Shown here: positions 8,764 through 18,201 of the stretch, one piece after another
Numbering within the stretch: position 1 is the stretch's first letter
How the letters are laid out: each line of letters opens with the position of its first letter
From: an uncultured bacterium
GTDB lineage: Bacteria > Chlamydiota > Chlamydiia > Chlamydiales > JAJFMA01
DNA length: 60,612 bases
Assembly (NCBI GenBank): GCA_964436955.1
Contig: CAYTFC010000006.1
Span: 4,390 to 65,001, forward strand
Direction of reading: 5' to 3'
Program-made: the position numbers and the translations under genes
The notes under the pieces: model-generated
Seen by the model: only the letters and a program-made list of their open reading frames with translations
Database searches by the model: none
Told to the model about the DNA's origin: nothing

Positions 8764-8988
8764 TCACAAAATTTCTATCCCATATATGACCCCATTGTCG
8801 TCGTGATCCATTACCAGTTCTCCACCGTCTTTTAATTCATAAACTTCCGATGTTAAATTTTGAGGACTTTCATCATAAAAATTTATGTACAATGCTGTCT
8901 CAGCGTCTACGCCCATCTGCCAATACTTCGCATAATCAGGATGATTCTTGATAATCTCAATTAGGGTTTTTATGTTAATTTGCGCCAT
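8764..8988 (-). CDS. Small acidic putative immunity/antitoxin protein, DUF2283-like
   Basis: ALYINF...GELVMDHDDNGVIYGIEIL resembles DUF2283; lies in the post-Rhs array. Confidence 0.6.
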   Translation of the reverse strand: MAQINIKTLIEIIKNHPDYAKYWQMGVDAETALYINFYDESPQNLTSEVYELKDGGELVMDHDDNGVIYGIEIL

Positions 8989-9021
8989 TTTCAACCATCC
9001 GGTGACATGATTTTTGGAACA

Positions 9022-9504
9022 CTAGGAACTATTGAAAATATCGCTGCTATTAGAACCAAGCATTATGGGACGAAGCCAAATACCAATCAATTCTTTATCC
9101 TTAAGAGTCGCAACACAGTTTGGCGCAAATTCAACCATTCTCATGCCCACAATAGAAGGGTCACCAAGGCAAATCCAATGGTGTTCTTTATTCAGAAAAA
9201 TAGGCCAATTCCTGTTTAGTTCTAAGGATATCCCAGGAATGAGTTCCTTATCAAAACAAGCCTTTACAGCATTTGATGAGAAACTCTTGGGATATTCTCT
9301 AACCTCTTTATAGTGGATGAGAGGGCAATACCCAATTACTCCAAGCAGAGTCCCCTCAAAGTCGATGGTGAGCTCTAAAAAATTAATCAGAATCGAAGAG
9401 TACGCATATTCTGAAAAAGGTTCGGGACGAAAGGAGTATTCATCCGTATCATATACGAGAGTAAACTGTTCATTATTTTTGTTTTGTTGAATAATAAATT
9501 CCAT
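9022..9504 (-). CDS. Putative orphan immunity protein
   Basis: 160 aa, AT-rich, starts 5 nt after the stop of a toxin-tip remnant (9510); WICLGDP...VEF...GIWLRP. Confidence 0.7.
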   Translation of the reverse strand: MEFIIQQNKNNEQFTLVYDTDEYSFRPEPFSEYAYSSILINFLELTIDFEGTLLGVIGYCPLIHYKEVREYPKSFSSNAVKACFDKELIPGISLELNRNWPIFLNKEHHWICLGDPSIVGMRMVEFAPNCVATLKDKELIGIWLRPIMLGSNSSDIFNSS

Positions 9505-9509
9505 AAAAC

Positions 9510-9770
9510 CTATCTAAAGTTAAAGTAAAGAATAGTTTTAGTTTTGGGGTTAATTAACAGCTCATACGATCCATGAGAACCACGAAAGGTTCCGGGCACT
9601 TGCCAGTACATTAAGTTGGGTATTCGTTGAGGCTCAGGAATTGCCTTCGGACTTTATCTTCAATCTCCACTCAAATTTGCCGTTAATATATTCACCCCAT
9701 GCTTCTGGCTTTCCATTAGGATTAGGTAGCTTATCAAAGCCTTTGCTTTTTGCCGCAGGTCTCTGAGTTT
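9510..9770 (-). pseudogene. Two orphan toxin C-terminal remnants fused out of frame
   Basis: 9653-9510 reads SPKAIPEPQRIPNLMYWQVPGTFRGSHGSYELLINPKTKTILYFNFR*; 9753-9634 reads AKSKGFDKLPNPNGKPEAWGEYINGKFEWRLKIKSEGNS*; neither has a proper start. Confidence 0.65.
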
Positions 9771-9775
9771 TCTTC

Positions 9776-10159
9776 TCATGCTTTTGTCTCGAATTCAGCG
9801 CGCATATTTGTGTTTTCAATGGTCCAGCGAGTCCACTCACCGTCGATTTTGCTAAAACCACAGATAGAGACCGAAGAATTTGAAAATGATATGTCACAAA
9901 TATCCATTAAACTTTCTATGTTCAAATCGCTAACTTTAACCCAGTTGTTGAGCGCGTAAATGAATTTATTTACGGAGAGGTTTTGCCATTTGTCAAAGTG
10001 CATGGATCCCCTTCCCAATTCAATGCCCTTTTCAGCAGCCAACCAAGCCCCGTCAACAACAATGGTAAGTGATTTATGTTCAGTAGATAAATCCATCTTT
10101 TCCACATCAAAATCTGGAAAAGATAAATCCTTCATCTCGCTCGCTGTTAGGGATATCAT
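9776..10159 (-). CDS. Putative cognate immunity protein of the Rhs toxin
   Basis: 127-aa acidic ORF whose ATG overlaps the Rhs stop (ATGA). Confidence 0.8.
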   Translation of the reverse strand: MISLTASEMKDLSFPDFDVEKMDLSTEHKSLTIVVDGAWLAAEKGIELGRGSMHFDKWQNLSVNKFIYALNNWVKVSDLNIESLMDICDISFSNSSVSICGFSKIDGEWTRWTIENTNMRAEFETKA

Positions 10160-13100
10160 TTGTTATACTCTCCGTAAGGAATATGAGCTTGAGGGGATCG
10201 TCGTGATACGGGCTTTAAGCCTTTATTTAACGATTTTCCAGACTTATCATACAAATGTATGTGATGATATTTTGTAATAGCATCAGGTGGATGGATTTTC
10301 ACTCGAATATTACCAAACCTATCAAAGAAGGTTAAAAATTGAGCCTCGCTAGTTTGACCCGTGGCTTGTAGTCCAATGAATTCTAAATCCGCCACAATCT
10401 GCTGCTTAGATACTAACTCAATATTATTTAAATACTCATGAACTTTTGCTCTTGTCAAACACCTTGATGTACTCTTTGGAATTCTGCTGACATAATATAT
10501 GCCACGACCAAGGGAGTAGACTCCACTTGCTATGGCGGCCACTTGAAGTTCTGTGTGGAAATGTCCTGCTGACATATATCCGATTGAACCATCCTCGATT
10601 CCAAGCAGGTTTGCCATCCGACTATTAGCTTTTTCACATTGTTGCGCGTGGTAGTTGTCGACGGTATTTGCGATATCCCATCGCTCCGTTAGCGAATAAT
10701 CCGCATCAAAGCTGTGACTTTCGATATAGCTGGCTGAGCAGGCTAGCCCGTGTGTCATATCCATGGCAAACGAGCAGCCCCCAAGCGAAACACCTTTAGC
10801 AGCCTCAACAACATAGTGATTTTGCGGCCATATGTTAGCACGCCGGCAGCCAGATCTCTGACCTACATAAGAATCTTCTGTTTTTGCTCTGACACCAGCT
10901 TTTCCCCTATCCCTTCCCACGCTCAAACCAGCTCTATTGCGGTCGTGTAGTGATTGTTCAGATAGCCCCCAAGGATCTACCAAGGTCAGGGGATTGTTGT
11001 GGACATAGGCATAGAGGTTGGGGCCGTCTGTGAAGCCAATAGGGTCGGGAGTAATCCAGCGTCCTAAAGAAGGGCTGTAATAGCGTTTACCAAAATAGAT
11101 AAAGCCAGTCTCTGCATCGAGTCGCTTGCTAGCAAAGCCCCATGGGCATGCGATGCCTTCGGTTGCGGCTAACTCTCCAAAGGCGCTATAGCGATAGGTG
11201 GCCGCTACCTGGCCGGAATGAGCATCCAAGAGTGTGCAGATATTGCCTCGATGGTCATGCAAGGGCGCATATACGATGCCATTTAGTTCTATTGCGATGG
11301 CTGCTCCTAGTTCTGCTCCTTTACCACGTCCTAACACGCGCAGTTGCGTCATTACGCCTTTAGTCATGGCTCCAATTTCACGTTGGCCTTGATAAAGATA
11401 GGTTTCAAACAAGTCGGGTGTTTGTTTACTGAGTCGGCGTCCGAAGGAATCGTAGGTATAGGTGACGGAGAGGGTAGGTGATTCTACAGCAGTCAAGCGG
11501 TTTAAAGCATCGTATGTATAACGCGTGACTTGATCTCCGGCGGTTTTTTGCAGGAGGTTGCCATTCAAGTCGTATCGGTAGATGGCTTCGGAGTCATCCA
11601 GCACTTGATTCAATCGGCTGATGCGATAGGTTGCGTTGTCCTTCACGACTCGGTTGTCAATAGAATCATATCGATAGGTATGGGTTGTACTTCCGGTTTC
11701 CGAGATAAGTTGATTGAGGTCGCTATAGCGATACTGTTCTGTAGTGGCACCAAGGCTATCTCGCACTGTTGCAGATAAGAGATTGCCGACAGAGTCATAG
11801 CCCCCAATGGGTATTTCTTCGGTAAATGCAGTCGTCTGACTTAGGGATAGGCGTCCGAGTGCATCATAATTGCAATGTCGTGTGCCGGCATTGCCGATTA
11901 GCTGGGATTGGAGTTCACATCCGCGCCAATCATGTTGTGTATAAGTGTGTGTGTAGTCTGATCGAGAAACGCTTTTTAAATGAGGACCTTCATAAGCGTA
12001 GGTGATGGGGGTGTTGTCGGGTAAGTAGACTTGTTCGATGCGTCCAAGAGAATCGTAGAGATAGGTCGATGTTAGTCCTGTGGCTAATGTTTCTCCGACC
12101 AAATGATTCAGTGCATCATACTGGCGTGTGGTGGTGTGACCAGCCACGAGGTCATCACTTTGTAGCAGGTTGCTATTTAGGTCATAGACATACCTATAGG
12201 ATATTGTCCCATCTGAAGATGCGAGTGTTTGTAAGTGTCCCCATGAGTCGTATGTATGTCGAAAGGTGATTCCATCAGGTTTGGTGATTGTGAGGAGTCG
12301 TCCAAAGCGGTCATAACATTGAAGCGTGGTTTTGGTAAGTTCGTCTCCACCGGATTCGCAGGTATACACAACACGTCCCATGCTGTCATGTTCCCAACGG
12401 ATGATGTAATCATGTGTGGCTGCGCCATTTACAAAGACGGTTTCGCGCTGCACGTTTTTGTTACCTACAACATCATACCCAAAGGTTTGTCGAGCTGTGG
12501 TGATGCCAAAAGGGTTACGCTTTTCGATTTTTATCACGCGATGTAAGGCATCGTAAGTTTCGTGCTGAATATTCCCTAAGGGATCAGTGATGTTTTTTTC
12601 GTACAACCTGTCGCTATACGTGATGTGAGTGACGTTACCTAAAGCATCAACTTGCTCTGTGGGTTGGCTCTGCGAATTGAAGTGCGTTTTTGTTACAGCA
12701 TATGTCGACTCTGAGTCATATGTAGCTGTGAGGGTTTGGTTTCCGAGCCGATCATAGGCGTAGGTTTCTTTGCTAAAAACTGTGCCATACGCATCTTCGC
12801 TGCGCAGTTCCACAACTCGATTAAGCGAGTCGTAGCATTGGATTTGGGCAATGAAGTCGCTTTCACCACTCCATTGCTTGGTGATGGAAAGGCGTCCCAA
12901 GGAATCGTACGCATAGGTAGTTTTCTGGTTTCCCTTGACTTCAAGAATTTTGCGTCCTGCTGCATCATAAGCATATTGGGTTTCAGCGCCCATGGGGTCG
13001 GTTTCGCTGATGAGTTGAGCTCCGCGATAGCGTCTAAACGTGCGGTATTGCAGCTTTCCGTTGGTATCTGAGGTTTGCGTTTCCACAACGCGGTTGCAAC

Positions 13101-15525
13101 CATCATAGATATAGTGATGGCATAGCCCTTCTTTTTCCCATTTCTTTTCGACTGTGCCGTTCAGATGATACTGATTACGTTCTTCGCTGCCATCGGGATA
13201 ACAAATGCAAACGGGTTGCCCACGCACGTTATAGGTGGTTGTGGTGCGATTTCCGTTTTGATCTATTACGGCAGTGAGCTGATCGAGCTGATTATATTCT
13301 TTGCGTACGGTGCGCTGTTGTTCGGCGCGTCCTTCGGTTTCTGGATAGATGACCGCGATTTGATTGCCGAGTGTGTCGTATTGAAAGCGTGTGAGGTTGC
13401 CATAGCGGTCTGTTTCGGAAATCTTATTTCCAACAAGATCGTAAGCGTAGTGTATGGCTAGGTGAGTGCCGTCTGAATGGTGTTCTTCGGTTTTGATCAG
13501 TCGATTAACCGCATCGTAAGTGAATGTGGTGCGGAATCCGCTATTGAGATGTTCTTCTTCGATTTTGTTGCTGTAGATGTCGTAACGCATTCTAACGACT
13601 TGGCCTAAGGCATCTGTTTGCTCAATGAGATTGCGTCTTGCGTCGTAGGCATATTCTAAACTATAAGCAAAGACATCCTGCGCATCGTAGACAGTTTGAC
13701 GTGTCAGAAGGTTTTGGTTGTTGTATTCGTGTTCGATACGTTTGAGTTGCTTGCGATCGCCGGTTTGAAGGTCAATGTATCCTTCGATGGTGGTTTTAGG
13801 GAAACCAATGGCAGGGCCTTCTAGACGGGGTATGATGGTAGTAAAAGTGCGGCTAGTTACCCCGGTTAAGTCATTAGGATTGGCTGAGATGCCATCATCG
13901 ACGATGGTTTCAGTTAGGAGGTGATCACTGCTATAAGAACGAAATTCACGGTGATAATAACCGGTGGAATTTCCATTTAAGATTGAAGTGACCAGGTTTG
14001 TATTGGGTAAATAGCTGTAATCGGTCAGCAGACCGTCAGATGTTTGCTCACGCGAGGCCAAGTTAAAGCCATCTGTGGAATAGGTGATGTAACGCGAAAA
14101 ACATTCTGTCGGTTCATTTGGACGATGATTACCATTCAGTTTAAAACTAGGAGGTGCATTGCCGGTGAGGTTGCCATAAAGGTCATCTTGCACAATGTTG
14201 CCGCGATCATATGTAGCGACACTGCAATAGAGAAAGCGATCATCGGCGGTTGCGACGCCTTTGGCGAGTAAGTACCCTTGATGAGGTTCGTTGGTTTCCC
14301 AGAAAAAGCAGGTTTTAGAAAGCACTTGATGCTTGATCATACGCCATATGGCTGTGATGCGCTTTTCAGGGGTAAAATGGTATGTGGTGCGCGCGCCTAA
14401 TGCATCATAAACATCGGTGTGTGCTGGGGCATATGCGAATGAAGCGATGGGTACTAGAGCATTTCCTTGACCGGCAGGCGCCAGCAACTGGCTCACTTTA
14501 ATTTCTCCGTAGTTGATCTGAAGGCGTGTTCTGTCAGGATCGTCAATTCTGAGAAGTTTGCGCCACCGCCCTTTGCCTCCCTTCTTTTCAACGTAGTTAT
14601 AATGAAGATGGCATGTCACTCCGTCAGGGGAGGTGATACTCTTCACAAATAATGTCGAGGGGTTTTGGTCTTTATAATGACACTTTAGGATATGCATGTC
14701 GTATTGAAGGGTTTGCCCATCGCTAGAGGTGATTCTTCCGTTGTTGATGTCGATGGTAGAAAACGTGAGCGTTCCAGAGGGATTTGTGGCGCGCATCCGA
14801 CTAAGATCGCCGTGTTGGTCATACTCATAGAAAATACGATGACCGTTTGGTAGTCGTTCTTCATTTAGACGCCATGATTGTTGATAGCCTGGTTTGTTAT
14901 AATAGGTACGAAGTCCTCCAGAGCCCAGCTTTAGTTGGCACGTGCCACCTAAAATTTCGTTTGCCCTGTAGAGTTCGCCATTTTGGTCGTAGCGATGGCC
15001 ATTGAAAACATAGCCGGTGAAATCGATTGTCCTTTTCTTGATGCAGTCGCATCCTGGAATACCAGCGGTTGCGTAGTTGGTGTAGCCATGTTTATTAAGA
15101 GAGGTGGATTCGGCAACAGCTTGAGTAAATCCCGAGCCCATGCGACCCTTATAGATAACGCTAGCACCCTCTTGCTCTTCGATGGAAATTTTGCACTCGG
15201 ATACGTTTTGAACAGTTTTATAGGGAACGATACCGTGAATTTTGAGGGGCAATTCCGTTCCAAAGCCCCGTCCTTGTGGAGGGTTTTCACGTCCATCTCC
15301 AGTGTCATAAGAGCGGTTGTAGCGCAAAGGGACGACAGCGTTTACTTGCAAGGCGTTGTCTGAAAGAAAGAAGTCTCCTGTGACGACGTTCACACAGTTG
15401 TAAACAGATGTTAATGGTTCGGAATTGGCCCCCAAGCGCATATCTGGAAGGGTTTGATTATCCTCGGCAAAGCAAATACAGGGGAGAAGTAGAAGTAAGA
15501 TCAGTGATGAGATTGTTTTGTGCAT
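10156..15525 (-). CDS. rhs: Rhs/YD-repeat polymorphic toxin with N-terminal signal peptide and putative Ntox30-like RNase tip
   Basis: Many YD repeats; RYYSPSLGRWITPDPIG...NLYAYVHNNPLTLVDPWGL core end (~10963); ~268-aa C-terminal region ending KIH...HHIH...SPQAHIP; N-terminus MHKTISSLILLLLLPCICFA. Confidence 0.95.
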   Translation of the reverse strand: MHKTISSLILLLLLPCICFAEDNQTLPDMRLGANSEPLTSVYNCVNVVTGDFFLSDNALQVNAVVPLRYNRSYDTGDGRENPPQGRGFGTELPLKIHGIVPYKTVQNVSECKISIEEQEGASVIYKGRMGSGFTQAVAESTSLNKHGYTNYATAGIPGCDCIKKRTIDFTGYVFNGHRYDQNGELYRANEILGGTCQLKLGSGGLRTYYNKPGYQQSWRLNEERLPNGHRIFYEYDQHGDLSRMRATNPSGTLTFSTIDINNGRITSSDGQTLQYDMHILKCHYKDQNPSTLFVKSITSPDGVTCHLHYNYVEKKGGKGRWRKLLRIDDPDRTRLQINYGEIKVSQLLAPAGQGNALVPIASFAYAPAHTDVYDALGARTTYHFTPEKRITAIWRMIKHQVLSKTCFFWETNEPHQGYLLAKGVATADDRFLYCSVATYDRGNIVQDDLYGNLTGNAPPSFKLNGNHRPNEPTECFSRYITYSTDGFNLASREQTSDGLLTDYSYLPNTNLVTSILNGNSTGYYHREFRSYSSDHLLTETIVDDGISANPNDLTGVTSRTFTTIIPRLEGPAIGFPKTTIEGYIDLQTGDRKQLKRIEHEYNNQNLLTRQTVYDAQDVFAYSLEYAYDARRNLIEQTDALGQVVRMRYDIYSNKIEEEHLNSGFRTTFTYDAVNRLIKTEEHHSDGTHLAIHYAYDLVGNKISETDRYGNLTRFQYDTLGNQIAVIYPETEGRAEQQRTVRKEYNQLDQLTAVIDQNGNRTTTTYNVRGQPVCICYPDGSEERNQYHLNGTVEKKWEKEGLCHHYIYDGCNRVVETQTSDTNGKLQYRTFRRYRGAQLISETDPMGAETQYAYDAAGRKILEVKGNQKTTYAYDSLGRLSITKQWSGESDFIAQIQCYDSLNRVVELRSEDAYGTVFSKETYAYDRLGNQTLTATYDSESTYAVTKTHFNSQSQPTEQVDALGNVTHITYSDRLYEKNITDPLGNIQHETYDALHRVIKIEKRNPFGITTARQTFGYDVVGNKNVQRETVFVNGAATHDYIIRWEHDSMGRVVYTCESGGDELTKTTLQCYDRFGRLLTITKPDGITFRHTYDSWGHLQTLASSDGTISYRYVYDLNSNLLQSDDLVAGHTTTRQYDALNHLVGETLATGLTSTYLYDSLGRIEQVYLPDNTPITYAYEGPHLKSVSRSDYTHTYTQHDWRGCELQSQLIGNAGTRHCNYDALGRLSLSQTTAFTEEIPIGGYDSVGNLLSATVRDSLGATTEQYRYSDLNQLISETGSTTHTYRYDSIDNRVVKDNATYRISRLNQVLDDSEAIYRYDLNGNLLQKTAGDQVTRYTYDALNRLTAVESPTLSVTYTYDSFGRRLSKQTPDLFETYLYQGQREIGAMTKGVMTQLRVLGRGKGAELGAAIAIELNGIVYAPLHDHRGNICTLLDAHSGQVAATYRYSAFGELAATEGIACPWGFASKRLDAETGFIYFGKRYYSPSLGRWITPDPIGFTDGPNLYAYVHNNPLTLVDPWGLSEQSLHDRNRAGLSVGRDRGKAGVRAKTEDSYVGQRSGCRRANIWPQNHYVVEAAKGVSLGGCSFAMDMTHGLACSASYIESHSFDADYSLTERWDIANTVDNYHAQQCEKANSRMANLLGIEDGSIGYMSAGHFHTELQVAAIASGVYSLGRGIYYVSRIPKSTSRCLTRAKVHEYLNNIELVSKQQIVADLEFIGLQATGQTSEAQFLTFFDRFGNIRVKIHPPDAITKYHHIHLYDKSGKSLNKGLKPVSRRSPQAHIPYGEYNK

Positions 15526-15608
15526 ACGAGATGACTCCTGCCGAATATCGGTAAAACAATAATTTACCGTCGTTCAATTAGCAAGAAATATTTAAAGTTT
15601 GGCGGTGA

Positions 15609-16319
15609 TTATTTGGGCCAATGTGCGGGATTGGGGCTAATAGCTGAACAAATGGCCCTATCATGCTCTCTTAGCAATTCATCTAGTTTAGCTGTACGCT
15701 CTTCTAGTGTACCTTCTGTGCCGACGTCTAGCGGTTCGCTTAACGAAATAATGACTTTTGAAAATGGCAAGGGTATCAGCATCTTATCCCATGATCCTAA
15801 CTGAAAAAATCGACTTGCAGACCATGTTACGGCCATGACCTTCGCTCCTGTCATCTCTGCAGCCATAAGCGCTCCTGGCTTACACTGATAGCGAGGGCCT
15901 CGAGGGCCATCGGGAGTGACCAATAGTAGCCTTTTTTCGGTCTTTACAGTGCGTGTGATTTCTCTCAAGGCTTTCAGGCGAGCGTCGTGTGCGACGCGTA
16001 TGAATTGCACATTCTTTTGCCGTTGAATGATGGCTCCCAGCATATCGGCATCGCCACTTTTACTGATAAGGGCTGTAACGGGCAGCGTGTTCAACACTGT
16101 TTTACGGAGCGCATAGGAAAATAGGGGGATGCGATTATGCCATGCTACAGCTACTGTTGGCCCTAGAAGGGCATTTAGCATGAATTTTTCAAGTCCACGA
16201 ATTTCCACACGACAGGTAAATAATACGAAGCGAAGCAGAACGCCATCCAGATAATAGCAGACAAACTTAGGGATAAACCAGCGTTTAAACCGAGTCAGTT
16301 GCTCCTTCAGCCAGGTCAT
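15609..16319 (-). CDS. DUF374 / lysophospholipid acyltransferase-like protein
   Basis: WHNRI, ISKSGDAD, TPDGPRGP, SWDKMLIPLPFS; ATGA overlap with lpxB. Confidence 0.85.
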   Translation of the reverse strand: MTWLKEQLTRFKRWFIPKFVCYYLDGVLLRFVLFTCRVEIRGLEKFMLNALLGPTVAVAWHNRIPLFSYALRKTVLNTLPVTALISKSGDADMLGAIIQRQKNVQFIRVAHDARLKALREITRTVKTEKRLLLVTPDGPRGPRYQCKPGALMAAEMTGAKVMAVTWSASRFFQLGSWDKMLIPLPFSKVIISLSEPLDVGTEGTLEERTAKLDELLREHDRAICSAISPNPAHWPK

Positions 16320-17485
16320 ACACATACCGCTTGTATGGCTGAAGCTGCATTGTAACTGGCTCGCTGTGTTTCGGATGTTAGCAGGCTGTGCTCAGCTTCT
16401 TTACACCCTTCAATACACGTTTCACGTTCTTGTCCATCGCGATGCAGTGGTAGCAGGGTTTCATAAAGCTGCTCGGCTGTAAAGGGATCGGAGATGAGCT
16501 CTGGGTATACGGTTCTATTACACAAGATGTTTACAATGCTGTAATAATCGAGATGGAGTCTCACAACATACCACAAGATGAGGTAATTGATAGTGGAGAT
16601 TTCATACACAACCACTGTGGGCTTGTGGTGCAGTGCTAACTCTAGGTTGATGGTACCCGATTTAGCGATTGCTGTGCGGCAATCTTTCATGAGGTCATAG
16701 GTGTACTCTCGAGGTACCAAAAAGGCATCGGTTCCAATTTTGACATCACATTCTTGCGCAATTTTGGTAATTAACGTTTTCAGCGAAGCGTCGGTGCAAG
16801 AGATACCTATCACTATCTCAGGATCTTCTTGGCGCAACTTCATGGCTGCTTGCAACTGTCGCTTTAAAAGACGTGTGACTTCTCCAGCGCGACTGCCAGG
16901 AAATAGCGCTATCACATTGCCTTGCGCTGGCATTTCGATCTTATACTTCCAATTTGCATCGTATTGATGTTGTTGCATCTTTTCGATGAGGGGATGCCCT
17001 ACGAATATTGTTTTTAGTCCTGTAGAGGTAAATAGTGGAGGTTCAAAGGGAAAGATTGTCAGGAGTAAATCAAGATTTTCACTGAGCGTTTTGATGCGTC
17101 CTTTTCCCCAAGCCCAAACTGTAGGGCAGACATAATGCACCAGCTTTCCTTGATATCCTTTCTTACGCAATGCTTTGGCGAGTCTGAGATTAAAACCTGG
17201 ATAATCGATGAGTATTGTGACATCAGGTTTGGTCTCCAGGATGTGATCTCGGAGGGTATAGAACTGCTTGTACAAGGAAGGAAACTTACGCACAATATCC
17301 ACGAAGCCCATCACCTGGAAATCTTCCATGGGCATGAGACAATCTAATCCTTGGGCGCGCATGAGTGGGCCTCCCACTCCAGTAGCTTTCAAGGAAGGGA
17401 ATTTGTGGTTAAGGGCTTCTAAAAGCTTGCCTCCGTAGACGTCTCCACTGTGTTCTCCAGCAAAAAGAAAGAGGTTTGATGTCAA
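16316..17485 (-). CDS. lpxB: Lipid-A-disaccharide synthase
   Basis: AGEHSGD, IDYPGFN, PTVWAW, FVGHPL, FPGSR, KSGTINLE. Confidence 0.96.
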   Translation of the reverse strand: MTSNLFLFAGEHSGDVYGGKLLEALNHKFPSLKATGVGGPLMRAQGLDCLMPMEDFQVMGFVDIVRKFPSLYKQFYTLRDHILETKPDVTILIDYPGFNLRLAKALRKKGYQGKLVHYVCPTVWAWGKGRIKTLSENLDLLLTIFPFEPPLFTSTGLKTIFVGHPLIEKMQQHQYDANWKYKIEMPAQGNVIALFPGSRAGEVTRLLKRQLQAAMKLRQEDPEIVIGISCTDASLKTLITKIAQECDVKIGTDAFLVPREYTYDLMKDCRTAIAKSGTINLELALHHKPTVVVYEISTINYLILWYVVRLHLDYYSIVNILCNRTVYPELISDPFTAEQLYETLLPLHRDGQERETCIEGCKEAEHSLLTSETQRASYNAASAIQAVCV

Positions 17486-18201
17486 GATGGGAACTCCTCG
17501 ATTTCATAACGAATACTGCGCTTGCGCATCCAGACAACTGCTAGAAGGTCTAAAATGGTATTAGCTCCGCGATTGAGCATGTTGTATTTGCTTTTGCCCT
17601 GTACGCGTTCACGGTGGTTAACGGGGATTTCTTTAACGCGAAAACCTTCCATTTTAAAGAGCGCGGGGAGAAAGCGATGCATGCCTTCGAACATTTTGAT
17701 TTTTCTTAGGCAGGATGCTCGATAGATTTTTAGGGAACAATTGTTATCGACCATGCCATCTCGGCAGGCCCAACGTCTAACGGAGTTAGCGGATTTAGAG
17801 ACGAAGCGCCGCCACCAGGAGTCGCGCCGTTTGCGTCTACTTCCACAAATCATGTCGCAGTCAGCAGTTTCACCAAGTAGTTTAGGGATATCGGTGGGGT
17901 CATTTTGACGGTCTCCATCGAGAGTGATGACAAACTCTCCCTTGGCTAGATCGAACCCGGCGGCAAAGGCGCTGGACTGTCCAAAATTACGTCTAAAGGG
18001 GATAACTCGTAGGTGGGGTCGGTTGATTGCTAGCTCTTGCAAAATGGAACGTGTGCGATCTTTAGAGCCATCATCGATGCAAATCAATTCCCAAGGCTTG
18101 CCTAAGCCATGCATGACAGGTTCAATCTCGGCCACGAGATCCCGGATGTTGCCTTCCTCATCCTTTAGCGGAATAAGTATACTGTAGGCGATGTGAGTCA
18201 T
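17482..18201 (-). CDS. Family 2 glycosyltransferase (ArnC/polyprenol-phosphate mannosyltransferase-like)
   Basis: DDGSKD, RNFGQSSA, LDGDRQND, MHRFLP, VNHRER..GKSKY; start set at ATG 18201 (ATGA overlap). Confidence 0.9.
   Translation of the reverse strand: MTHIAYSILIPLKDEEGNIRDLVAEIEPVMHGLGKPWELICIDDGSKDRTRSILQELAINRPHLRVIPFRRNFGQSSAFAAGFDLAKGEFVITLDGDRQNDPTDIPKLLGETADCDMICGSRRKRRDSWWRRFVSKSANSVRRWACRDGMVDNNCSLKIYRASCLRKIKMFEGMHRFLPALFKMEGFRVKEIPVNHRERVQGKSKYNMLNRGANTILDLLAVVWMRKRSIRYEIEEFPS

Noticed and set aside
8321-8767. 148-aa ORF as a real gene
   Set aside because: Chimera of a frameshifted toxin fragment, an Rhs fragment and antisense intron sequence
9634-9897. 87-aa ORF as a real gene
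   Set aside because: N-half overlaps the immunity gene out of frame; only the C-half is a toxin remnant
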